A DNA stretch of 64,000 nt from an uncultured Pseudomonadota bacterium. GTDB lineage: Bacteria > Vulcanimicrobiota > Vulcanimicrobiia > Eremiobacterales > Eremiobacteraceae. The notes beneath the pieces were generated by a model, which was not told the DNA's origin, made no database searches, and saw only the letters and a program-made list of their open reading frames with translations. The position numbers and the translations under genes are program-made. The first letter of the stretch is position 1. Each line of letters starts with the position of its first letter. Of this stretch, positions 18,805-28,227 are shown piece by piece. The stretch spans positions 384,001-448,000 of the forward strand of contig CAVTNB010000001.1 in NCBI GenBank assembly GCA_963736005.1, in the 5' to 3' direction.

Positions 18805-19512
18805 TCACGAGCAATTCGACGCATGTCCTTTCGGTGCGATGATGACTTGAAACCCGAGAGCAAAAAAGTATCCGGGATTTGGTTGCAGTTGTCGCCCGGC
18901 CCAGAATAAGAGCGCCCGCGAAGGTGCCAGTTGATCGATATATCCGAGCGCCACCCGCGGCGCGCTTGGGAGGATGGGGTTGCGTTGACTTTCATGATAA
19001 AACTCCAAGCCAAGACTCGATCCAGAGCGAAAGTTCCGCATTGCGGTTATGCCTGTGAATTCTGCACCATGAGAGACACCACCGCCGCCAAAGATTGTCC
19101 AATTCTTGATCGTCTTTTGTGCCCAAAAGGGTAGGAAGGTTTCCGTCTCCCCATTGCTCTTCACAGTCAGAGACGGGAGAAATCCCACCTCCGGAGTGTA
19201 TCGCGTTTCAGGGAGGAAGCGTATGGCGGTCGCCAAGCCTGTCTCCCCCGGCTGGCCGCCAACTGACACTTCCACATTCTTGGTTGGACCATAGTCGATT
19301 TCCCAAATTGGGCCAGTTGTTGCCGGTTCGCCCTGCCGAGCTTGCGCGAGATCGACTTCAACATGATGACACTCCACGGGCTCTGGGTCGTCCGTTTCAA
19401 AAGGAGGACCAGCCAAGGCTGGCTGTGCGAATGCGAGGACAAAAAGCCCACTGGCTGCGACGAGCGCAGCCAGCGGGGTGCGGTATTTGGGTGCGCATTG
19501 GTCTTCCGGCAC
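18805..19512 (-). CDS. Exported putative outer-membrane/transporter-type protein
   Basis: Signal peptide then AGPPFETDDPEP; beta-strand-like alternation. Confidence 0.65.
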   Translation of the reverse strand: MPEDQCAPKYRTPLAALVAASGLFVLAFAQPALAGPPFETDDPEPVECHHVEVDLAQARQGEPATTGPIWEIDYGPTKNVEVSVGGQPGETGLATAIRFLPETRYTPEVGFLPSLTVKSNGETETFLPFWAQKTIKNWTIFGGGGVSHGAEFTGITAMRNFRSGSSLGLEFYHESQRNPILPSAPRVALGYIDQLAPSRALLFWAGRQLQPNPGYFFALGFQVIIAPKGHASNCS

Positions 19513-19519
19513 GAATGAG

Positions 19520-20428
19520 TTACTGCGTGAGTTTCAATTCTTGGACAAAATCTCCATCGGGGGAAGCCCACACGATCCAAATGTGTCCGGTGTTGCGATC
19601 GATTGCGAGCGTGTGAACGCCCTCAGCAACGTCTCGATCGGCTACTTGGGTGAGTGTGCCTTGGTCGGACAACGAGAAGACGGCCACCTTTTTGCCGCCC
19701 GCGCAGGCGATGAGATGCGTTTCTGGATTGAGATCGCATTGATCCACGCCAGCCGGCATCGGTGTTGTTCCTAGCAGCTTACCATCACGCGTATACGCCG
19801 CCAACGTCGCGTTCTTTCCGCCGATCACAAGAATCTTGTACGTTGGATCGTATTGAAGCGGATGATTCTTTTGCAGAACTGGCGTTGGGAACGTACGAAT
19901 CACTTTCAGTTGCTGGGGGTCGATGACCGCAACCTCAGCGAGGTTGTCGATGTTTTGGTAGACGTAGTGCGTCTGCGGGTCGATAGCTAAATATTCCGGC
20001 TTGTGCCCCGGGAGATTGATGGCCGCAACCTGTTTCATCGTCTTTGTGTCGACGACGAACATGTGCGTGCCATCGTCCTCGTCGGCATAGACATAATGTA
20101 GCACTGGGTCGTAGGCGGTGGCGTCCACCTTACCATCCACGTCAGCCGAGTTAACAACTTGTCCGCTCACCGGATCGACATCCGACACGGTGCGGTTCTC
20201 TCCGTCGCCCGTGTAAACGTGGCCAGTCGCGGGATCCACTGCAACGCCGTGGAGCGGTCCGACGTCGACTTGATTGAGGATAGCGCCCGAATCGGAGTTC
20301 ACGACAAGGAGCGTTCCGCTGCCGGTATGTGCGGCATACACTCGATGTCGAGCGGCGTCAGTCGTGACATAATCGAACCCGCTGTGTATTTGAACGTGCG
20401 CCGGCGGCGCGACGGGAACAAGGTACAT
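19520..20428 (-). CDS. YncE-family beta-propeller protein
   Basis: GFDYV..D...HRVYAAH, HGVAVDP, repeated strand-D-P blades; AGGAG SD. Confidence 0.85.
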   Translation of the reverse strand: MYLVPVAPPAHVQIHSGFDYVTTDAARHRVYAAHTGSGTLLVVNSDSGAILNQVDVGPLHGVAVDPATGHVYTGDGENRTVSDVDPVSGQVVNSADVDGKVDATAYDPVLHYVYADEDDGTHMFVVDTKTMKQVAAINLPGHKPEYLAIDPQTHYVYQNIDNLAEVAVIDPQQLKVIRTFPTPVLQKNHPLQYDPTYKILVIGGKNATLAAYTRDGKLLGTTPMPAGVDQCDLNPETHLIACAGGKKVAVFSLSDQGTLTQVADRDVAEGVHTLAIDRNTGHIWIVWASPDGDFVQELKLTQ

Positions 20429-20491
20429 GTGAAGTTTCTCCTTTTCGGTCTGGGCGGATCTAAAGGTCCGCCGCTACATTTGGCCTGCAGG

Positions 20492-22903
20492 CTACCTATC
20501 ATCCGAATCGGCAGTGAGGATCTGACCGTCGCCAAGCATGCGAAGATACGTCAAATGTGCTGCGAGGGATGTTTGACCGTTGATCGCGGCCCACTCTTCA
20601 TTGGGAAAAGCAACCGAGTCCGGCCCGTCGAGCATAATAAAGGCGGCTTTCGGCTTTCCTGGGTTTCTCGTCATCGGAATATTCGACGGGATGACATTGT
20701 ACGCTGAGGCGCTGGGCTGCGTCGCGAGCGCGTCCAGGAGCGGTGTTGACATCGCATCTTCGATATTGAGCGGACTGAGTCCAAAGAGGACTTCAACAGT
20801 ACGAAGCACCGAAGGGATGCTATAGAGCGTATGGTCAACGTAGCCACGCCGCACGTAGGGCCCGACTAAGATCGCGGGCATCCGGCGCGCATTGAGGTGG
20901 TCGCCCGTACCTTGCGGGTCGTCGGTCGTCACGAACACCACGGTGCTCGACCAATCCGGCCTCTTCGAGAGTCCGGCTATGATTTGGCCAAGGGCGACGT
21001 CGTTGCTGGATACGTATGACCCCATCGTATAGAAACCGGGATCCGTTCCCGAGGTATGGTCCGTTGGGAGCGTAAGATATGAGTACTGCGCGAGCCCATG
21101 GGCCTTGACATCTTCGAGGAAGAGCCGCGCTCGCACGGTGTCAAGGATGTTGAAATCGATGTGGGCGCCCGGATAGGCGCGATCGGCATGAGCGGCCAGG
21201 CCGGGTGCTATTCTCCCGTCCGGCAACATTCTCATCTGCTCACCATAAACGCGGAATGAAACCCCTTTGAGACGCAGCGCGTCGATCAACTGGCCTCGAG
21301 GGCCGAAAACACCGCTGACGTTGACTCTTGGTTGTCTTGGTAAGAGCGACAAATTCTGGAACCAGTCGAAGTTCATGACGCTGACCGGTATGGTATCCTC
21401 GCCATACATGAACACTGGCCAGATAGAGCCGGCAACGCGGGGATCTGCTTTCGTTGCTAGATCGTCCGGCGTATGAACGTTGCGCTCAAGGTAGTCATTC
21501 GCTATGCCTTGGGTCGTCCATGAATGGCCGAAATCGCTCCTATCCCCGTTGCCCATAAAGTTGTCAAAAAGCGTGTAGGTCTCCGCGAGGGAATGAATGT
21601 TTGGCGTATACTTGCGGCCGAAAAGCAACAATGTTGCGTCCGCGTCTGCGCCGATAGCAGACTCGTCTCCGAAGATTTCGTCAAATTGCTTATTCTCTTG
21701 GACGATAAAGACGAAGTGTTTAATCGGAGGCAAACTGGAAGCCGGCGGTGGCGCGGCAACGTCGAAGTGATCGTTCCGCGCGACCGTGGCAGACCACTCG
21801 GCGAAGCGCTGCGGCTCGACGACCAGGTGCTGGATCAACCCAGTGTCGACGCCATTGTGCTCGGAGCCCGGATCGGGCTGCGGACCCAGGCCTTCGCTGC
21901 TCAAAATGAAGAGTTGCGGCTTTATCCGAGGATCATCATCGATGGTTGAACTCGCTGCGAAAATAACTCCCATCGGATACCACGCGGTGGGAATACGCCC
22001 GAGCACCTGACCGCTGTTTAGGTCAACGACGGCGACGTCGTTAAAGCCAGACTCCGCGACAAAGAGACGCTTGCCGTCGTTTGAGATTGCCATGCCAGAC
22101 GGCGTTTGACCCGGGGGCGGATTAAACGTCACCCCCAAATCATAATGTTTGGTCACAGCCCAAGAGTGCAAGTCAATCGAGCACACATCATGACCATCAG
22201 CGTTTGCGACGAATGCACGAGCGCCGGATATCAACAGCTCGGTGGGATGTGGTCCTGTTGGGATGTGTCGTGCGATTTTTGTTCCGTTCGGCCACGCGTC
22301 GACGTGATCCGAATTATACAAAGTGGCTAAGACGCTACTTCCCGCAAAACCTACTCGAAACGGTTGGCCGCTTGCGGCAAGACGCGTTCGGATAGCTCCA
22401 GTCCGATCATCGATGACGTCGACTTCATTACTGGCAGTCCTTGCAACGATAAGGCGATGCGACGCAGGGTCATGCGCGATGCCGTTGATGAGTCCCCCAA
22501 CATGCAGATCCGAGAGAGCAGTGAACTCGGGGTTGCCGGCAGCATCCGTTTTATAGGTGAATCTGGAGATGGACCCGCTGTAGCCGCGCGCGACGTACAA
22601 AGCGTCCTGCGTCCACGTCATAGTCGTTGCGAACGGCGCGACGAGACGGGCCACCTCCTGCGTGTGTTCGCCGATGACAATGACGTCGATGGCGCCCCCA
22701 TCCTGTGAAAGGACGGCAAGAAGCGTACCATCTGGTGACAATGCTTCAGAGGTTGCAAAACCTTCAACGGGGGTCGTGAAACCAACGGGGGTGACAGATC
22801 GGCCGTCGGGGAGCGTCGCTGCTCTTGCGCCGGAAACAGCGAGCACTAATGCTGCCCCGCAGAGTACGCTCGCTCTTGCAAGCGCGACAAGCTTCACCTT
22901 CAT
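20492..22903 (-). CDS. Bifunctional YncE beta-propeller / phosphoesterase (alkaline-phosphatase superfamily)
   Basis: Signal peptide; YVTN-like repeats; IKHFVFIVQENKQFD, LPTDHTSG, TTDDPQGTGDH; ATG 22903 preferred because the -10 lies at 22957-22962. Confidence 0.88.
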   Translation of the reverse strand: MKVKLVALARASVLCGAALVLAVSGARAATLPDGRSVTPVGFTTPVEGFATSEALSPDGTLLAVLSQDGGAIDVIVIGEHTQEVARLVAPFATTMTWTQDALYVARGYSGSISRFTYKTDAAGNPEFTALSDLHVGGLINGIAHDPASHRLIVARTASNEVDVIDDRTGAIRTRLAASGQPFRVGFAGSSVLATLYNSDHVDAWPNGTKIARHIPTGPHPTELLISGARAFVANADGHDVCSIDLHSWAVTKHYDLGVTFNPPPGQTPSGMAISNDGKRLFVAESGFNDVAVVDLNSGQVLGRIPTAWYPMGVIFAASSTIDDDPRIKPQLFILSSEGLGPQPDPGSEHNGVDTGLIQHLVVEPQRFAEWSATVARNDHFDVAAPPPASSLPPIKHFVFIVQENKQFDEIFGDESAIGADADATLLLFGRKYTPNIHSLAETYTLFDNFMGNGDRSDFGHSWTTQGIANDYLERNVHTPDDLATKADPRVAGSIWPVFMYGEDTIPVSVMNFDWFQNLSLLPRQPRVNVSGVFGPRGQLIDALRLKGVSFRVYGEQMRMLPDGRIAPGLAAHADRAYPGAHIDFNILDTVRARLFLEDVKAHGLAQYSYLTLPTDHTSGTDPGFYTMGSYVSSNDVALGQIIAGLSKRPDWSSTVVFVTTDDPQGTGDHLNARRMPAILVGPYVRRGYVDHTLYSIPSVLRTVEVLFGLSPLNIEDAMSTPLLDALATQPSASAYNVIPSNIPMTRNPGKPKAAFIMLDGPDSVAFPNEEWAAINGQTSLAAHLTYLRMLGDGQILTADSDDR

Positions 22904-22956
22904 ATCTTGGCCTTTCGCTTCAACTTGAAGCCCGGAAAACACCCTACTAACTTTCA

Positions 22957-22989
22957 AGTCTAGGTCCTAATCATTACAGCAAGATGAAC
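22957..22989 (-). promoter_or_regulatory. Pho-box-like direct repeat + -10 (site 1)
   Basis: GTTCATcttgCTGTAAT-N10-TAGACT on the minus strand. Confidence 0.75.
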
Positions 22990-23016
22990 GTCCTATTTGC
23001 CGTGCGCGCAATAACC

Positions 23017-24249
23017 TTAACGCGCCGGCAAGGAAATCAATACCTGCGCGCCTCCCTCAGAGGTGTTCGTGATTGTCAGTTTGCCGCCATTTGCGCGTGC
23101 AATAGAATCGGCAATCGCTAGCCCGAGTCCGGTGGCCTCACCAGTCCGAACGGGATCATCGCACCAAAACCATTCCAAGCCGTGAACGATGGCCTCAGGC
23201 GAAAAGCCTGGGCCGCCGTCGCGAACGCACACTTCCGCATTCCTGCCTTGGTGGGCGGTCCATATGCTGATGTGTCCTCCAACCGGGGTGTACTTGATTG
23301 CGTTGTGGACAACCGCGGTGACGGCACGCTCTAGCGCATCGGGGTCGCCGAGCACGTTACACGACTCGCCCTCAAGGACGATCACGGAGATGTCCTTTGC
23401 GGCCGCAGCGGGTTTGAACCGTTCGCACACGCGCTGCGCGAGAGCGAAAAGATCGATAAAGGCCGGGGAGCCGGCGCCATCTTGGGTGCGCGCAGCCGAG
23501 AGCAGCGTACCGACCAAGGTTTCCATCCGGTCGGCCTCGCTTGCGATCGTGGTTATCGCAGCTTGGTAGGCGGCCGGGTCGCGCGGCCTGCGAAGCGCAA
23601 GATCGGCTTCCGCCCGAATGACGGAGAGCGGCGCCCGAAGTTCGTGCGAAGCGTCTGCCGTAAAACGCCGTTGTCGCCTGAGGGCATCTTCAAGCGCTCG
23701 CCGAGTCACAGCGGTCCCCGCAACGTACGCTACCCCCGCGAGCAGCAACGCCGACAGAGCGAAGGCGGCCGCTACCCGGCGGTCGGTCTCTTGGATCCAG
23801 TTCGCGGCGGTCCAAGCGACAACCGCACCGACGCGCGTTTTTTGCGCCTCAATGGGCAAGACGAGCGCCCGGATGTTCTCGTTTCGCTGAGATATGTCCG
23901 AGAAACCAGCTGCCTGCGCGAGACCTATGAGGCTCTTGGATGGCCTTGCCGCGCTTGAGAACACCACCTGATTGTCATCGTGGATAATGACAATCTCGGT
24001 CTGTGATCCGAGCAGTGCAAATATCTGCCCGCGATCGTGTTCGTCAATGGAAACGCCGCCGTCGCTCACGTCGACAAAGTTCAGCGTGGCCTGAGCCGTC
24101 GTGCGTAAGCGAGCATCAAGCGACGCGTGAAGGTCGCGGTCGATGACGAAGACCGCCGCCGCTCCGAACGCGGCCAGAGCCAGCACGAGCACGACGACGT
24201 ACCAGGTGACGAGCCGGCCTCGCAGCGATGACAGCCAGGAGATGCTCAT
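23017..24249 (-). CDS. Sensor histidine kinase (OmpR-partner type, no obvious HAMP)
   Basis: 2 TM helices; FTADASHELRAPL H-box, NAIKYT, DGGPG, GLGLAIA. Confidence 0.93.
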   Translation of the reverse strand: MSISWLSSLRGRLVTWYVVVLVLALAAFGAAAVFVIDRDLHASLDARLRTTAQATLNFVDVSDGGVSIDEHDRGQIFALLGSQTEIVIIHDDNQVVFSSAARPSKSLIGLAQAAGFSDISQRNENIRALVLPIEAQKTRVGAVVAWTAANWIQETDRRVAAAFALSALLLAGVAYVAGTAVTRRALEDALRRQRRFTADASHELRAPLSVIRAEADLALRRPRDPAAYQAAITTIASEADRMETLVGTLLSAARTQDGAGSPAFIDLFALAQRVCERFKPAAAAKDISVIVLEGESCNVLGDPDALERAVTAVVHNAIKYTPVGGHISIWTAHQGRNAEVCVRDGGPGFSPEAIVHGLEWFWCDDPVRTGEATGLGLAIADSIARANGGKLTITNTSEGGAQVLISLPAR

Positions 24250-24929
24250 TCGGCGGCCAGGCGGTAGCCCGTGCCGCGCACGGTGTGGAGCAATTGCTTC
24301 TCGCCATTTGCGGCGATCTTGGAGCGCAAGCGGCTCACATAGACATCCACGACATTTGAAACAACGTCGCTTTCGCGGTCGAACATAGCGTCTTCGAGCA
24401 TGCGCCGCGTCACGACACGATTGGCGTTGCGCATGAAATATTCGAGGAACGCCATTTCACGCCGGGTGAGCGCAATGTCGCGCTCGCGGCGGCGAGCTCG
24501 CCTGTTCGCGCGATCGAAGATAAGATCGGCGACTCGCAGCTCGTTGGTTCCCAAGTCCGCACCTTTGCGCCGCGTGATCGCGCGCAGGCGCGCTTCGAGT
24601 TCCGCGAAGACAAAGGGCTTTTTGAGATAGTCATCCGCGCCCGCGTCAAGACCTTCGATGACATCGGCAACAGTGTCTCTCGACGTCAGGATCAAGGCTG
24701 GCGTCTGCCGGCCAGCTTTCCGCAGCGAGCGGATGACGCTGAGACCATCGCGCACCGGCAAATTGATGTCCATGACCAGGGCGTCGTACGAGCCGCCAGC
24801 GGCACAGCGCTCTCCTTCTTCACCACTATGAGCGAGATCGACCACATGTCCTTGCTCGGCCAACCCGCGCCGCAAGACATCGCACAGCCGCAAATCATCT
24901 TCAACGATCAACAAGCGCACGTTTGCCAA
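24246..24929 (-). CDS. OmpR/PhoB-family response regulator
   Basis: LLIVEDD, MDINLP, GADDYLKKPF, LHTVRGTGY; stop overlaps the kinase ATG. Confidence 0.95.
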   Translation of the reverse strand: MANVRLLIVEDDLRLCDVLRRGLAEQGHVVDLAHSGEEGERCAAGGSYDALVMDINLPVRDGLSVIRSLRKAGRQTPALILTSRDTVADVIEGLDAGADDYLKKPFVFAELEARLRAITRRKGADLGTNELRVADLIFDRANRRARRRERDIALTRREMAFLEYFMRNANRVVTRRMLEDAMFDRESDVVSNVVDVYVSRLRSKIAANGEKQLLHTVRGTGYRLAAE

Positions 24930-24936
24930 CAGCTAA

Positions 24937-24969
24937 AGTCTAACACCGCATAATTACAGCAATATGAAC
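24937..24969 (-). promoter_or_regulatory. Pho-box-like direct repeat + -10 (site 2, regulator's own promoter)
   Basis: GTTCATattgCTGTAAT-N10-TAGACT. Confidence 0.75.
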
Positions 24970-24977
24970 TGCCGCGG

Positions 24978-25180
24978 TTATGGAATGAATTGACGCGGTA
25001 GCGGCAGGTATCCAGCGGGCGGCGAACCCAACGCGCCGGGCACGGCAACGGGGTGAATGCCGAGCGTCGCGCAGCTCAACGGAGCCGGAATTTTGCCCAC
25101 CACGTCATCCGGAATTTCCGCCGCGGCGGCGGGAATGAGAGGCACCTCTCCACGCAAGCGGCGCGGATCGAACGCTCCGC
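24978..25180 (-). repeat. Diverged duplicate of the 3' end of the phosphoesterase gene (26344-26546)
   Basis: About 200-bp colinear match including CGGAGCCGGAATTTTGCCCACCACGTCATCCGGAATTTCCGCCGCGG. Confidence 0.9.
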
Positions 25181-25244
25181 GCTAACCCACGCCGCAAGAC
25201 GTCGCACAGGCGGACAGATCATCTTCAACGATCAGCAACCGCAC
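25181..25244 (-). pseudogene. 5' remnant of a second response regulator
   Basis: Encodes VRLLIVEDD/RLCDVLRRGLA, matching 24861-24920. Confidence 0.8.
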
Positions 25245-25321
25245 GAGCCATGGCTTGTTCGCGATAATGGAGGCACCCTTTTGGGTGGAGTCTTGACGGC
25301 GCATTCGGTGTCATCTACGGC

Positions 25322-26223
25322 TCAACGTTGACGCGCTGAACGTAGTCTCCGTGTGGCGCAACCAAGACGGTCCACAAGGCGTGGCTGCGGTATCGATCGT
25401 GATCGGTATGTGAATTGTGACCGATGACCAGCGTTGCAAGTAGCTTGGGGGTGGCGGCATCGCGCACCGAGAGCATGGGAAATCGGACGATCAGCCGCGC
25501 ACGCTAGATAGCCCGTCCCCTGGTCTAAATCACATTGGTCTGTATCCGGTGGCATTCTGGTCATACCTAGACGCTTGCCTTGCCGATCGGACACGGATAA
25601 CACGCCGTTCTTGTCTCCGATGATGATTGTGGAATTCACAGCGTCGGACTGCAGCGGGTGATTGTCCTTTAGTTCAGGCGTCTTCACCGTCTCGACAACG
25701 CGCAGCGATGCGGGGTCGATGACGACAAATTCATCGAGGTCTGGAATGTTCTGGTAGATATCGCTGTTCTTTGGGTCGATGGCGAGATATTCATGATCAT
25801 TCCCGGCGTGACCACCGTGCCAACGAGCTGCATCTTGGCTGCGTCGATCACGAAGACGTGATTGCCGCTATCCTCGTCTGCGTAGATCTTGTCGTACTTG
25901 GGATCAAACGCAATGGCATCGATTGGTTTGGAAAGCGTCACCGAGGCCTTGACCTGCATCGACTTTGGATCGACCTGCGAAACCGTATCCGCATCCCCAT
26001 CGCCAGTGTACACCATGCCTGTCCGCACGTCGACCGCGACTCCTTGCAGGTGACCTCCAACGTCGACTTGGCCCACAACGGCACCGGAATCGGCGTTGAC
26101 GATGAGCAACGCCTGGCTGCCCGTGTGTGCCGCGTACACGCGTCGGCGCTCTGCGTCCACGGCGACATAGTCGAAATGACTGAAGATCGGAACCGGTTGG
26201 GGCGGTGCGGCGGACAGATGCAT
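25322..26223 (-). pseudogene. YncE-family beta-propeller paralog, frameshifted
   Basis: FSHFDYV..D.ERRRVYAAHTGS, NHPLQ, DQCDL motifs shared with 19520-20428 but split across frames. Confidence 0.8.
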
Positions 26224-26246
26224 GCTATTGTCTCCTTATCAATCTC

Positions 26247-26279
26247 AGACTAGCACACGATTATTACATCAATATGAAC
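26247..26279 (-). promoter_or_regulatory. Pho-box-like direct repeat + -10 (site 3)
   Basis: GTTCATattgATGTAAT-N10-TAGTCT. Confidence 0.75.
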
Positions 26280-26343
26280 GACCGCAAGCCTGGGTAGGCG
26301 ACCATGCTACAGCCTTCGTGAGCGAGGCAAGGACCGACCCTAT

Positions 26344-28069
26344 TTACGGAATGAACTGACGCGGTAGCGGTAGGTATCCGGCAGGAGGCGAGGTCACGGC
26401 GCCGGGCACCGCAACGGGGCGAATGCCGAGCGTCGCGCAGCTCAGCGGAGCCGGAATTTTGCCCACCACGTCATCCGGAATTTCCGCCGCGGTGGCCGGA
26501 ATAGGAGGCACCTCTCCACGCAAGCGGCGCGGATCGAACGCTCCGCTGAGATCGGTAAGAAGTGGGTTTGCGTCTCGCGGTCCCTCGGGCATGTATGGCT
26601 TCTCGTCGGGGAGTGATGCCAGCGCTGGCAGTCCAAAGAGAGTATTGACGAATTTGACCACTGAACCCGTGTCGCCGATATCGTGAACGATCGCACCTGA
26701 CTTGGCATATGGCGAAATCAGGATAAACGGCACGCGGGGACCGTCGCCGCACGGATGGCCGTCGGGGCAACGTTCGAATTGCGGCGGCACCACATGATCG
26801 TAAAATCCGCCGCTATCGTCCCAGGTAATAATGATGGCTGAATCTTTCCAATACCGGCTGCGTGCTATTGCGTTGACGAAGGTCGCCACGAACGCCTCGG
26901 CAACCTGTCGATCGGAGTCATCCGTACCCGGATGATCGTCGTCGCCCATAAAATATTTTTGAATAAAAGGACTCTGATTGGCGGGGCGCCAGCCAAAATG
27001 GTTGTGCGATCCGCCCTTGATGTAGACGACCGAACGATCTGGCAGCGTGCCGTCGTGCAGCGCCGGCAAAATCTCTTTTACGCTGTGCACGTTGTGCCAG
27101 AAAACGTCGTTGTGCCGCATATAGGCGAAGAACTGCACGACGTTGCGGTGCGATGAGTATCCTTCCACAGCGACCTTATCGGCGTAGTTGTAGCCTTCTT
27201 GATACCAACCCCAGGTGAGCGGCTCCCCGCCACTTTGAGCCATAAGAGAGAGGTCGTCGCTTACTCCACGCGTATCGTTCGTCGCGCGCGCGTCGTTTCG
27301 GCCGTTGAGCGTCAGAAGCACGGTGGCAAAGCGCAGGGGGATTTCAACCGGTGTTGTGGTTTCCCAGGATATGGCCCGAAGGCTGGATCGATGCTGCTGA
27401 GCACTGGAACCCCAGGTCCTTTTCCGTTTGGCTTGACTGCTTCTTCCGGATCGCGTGCCCATTGCGTTTGACCCGTCTGCGCGGCAATGATCTCGATGTT
27501 GCCCGGGGTCGACGGCCCGATCATGCCTTGGAAGAATCGATCGTAAAGGGTAAACGAGCGTGCATATTTCCACAAATATGGGATGGTATCGCAGTCGTAG
27601 TGCGACATCGTTAGCAGGCCCATTGCCTGTGAGTCCGACGCGTTGTAGTCCTTCGCGCTGTCCCTTTCCTCCTGGCAATATATTGGTCGTTCTTGCCACC
27701 GTCTATTTTCGCAAGCAATGCTGCGCGCGAATGGCCGGGACTCTCGATGTCTGGATCGGTGATGAGAAACGGCGTAACCCATCGCTTACCGATCGGGTCG
27801 TATTGGCGAAAACCGTGCAATCTCGCTTGTGCGGTCGCAAGATTGTCCGCCCCGGGATACGTGCCGAAGTATTCGTCGAATGAGTGATTCTCTTGGTAGA
27901 TAACAAACACGTGCTTGACGTGCTGGCGCAACTCCGAAATAAGTTGCTGGTTCGACCTCGGCATTTGAGCTTGCGCATTGACACGGTGGCCGGACGTCCA
28001 GACCGACCAGGCCAGGGTGGCGACGCACAAGAGCGTTAGGATATCTTGCGTATGGAAAGGTCTACCCAC
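26344..28069 (-). pseudogene. Phospholipase C / phosphoesterase family protein, frameshifted
   Basis: VKHVFVIYQENHSFDEYFGTYPGA, YDCDTIPYLW..A..FTLYD.FF...GPSTP, ITWDDSGGFYDHV, GPRVPFILISPYAK lying in different frames. Confidence 0.85.
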
Positions 28070-28119
28070 GCGTCCTCCATGGCGTCAAAGTACAACTCTA
28101 CTTCGTTTTGTGACTCTCT

Positions 28120-28152
28120 AGCCTAGCACCAAATGATTACAGAAACGTTAAC
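28120..28152 (-). promoter_or_regulatory. Pho-box-like direct repeat + -10 (site 4)
   Basis: GTTAACgtttCTGTAAT-N10-TAGGCT. Confidence 0.7.
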
Positions 28153-28227
28153 GACCAGACGTTTGGCGATAATCTTGCGACCGGAGGAGCGTATGCGCTC
28201 CCCGATTGCCGCCTGCGCAAGGTGACG

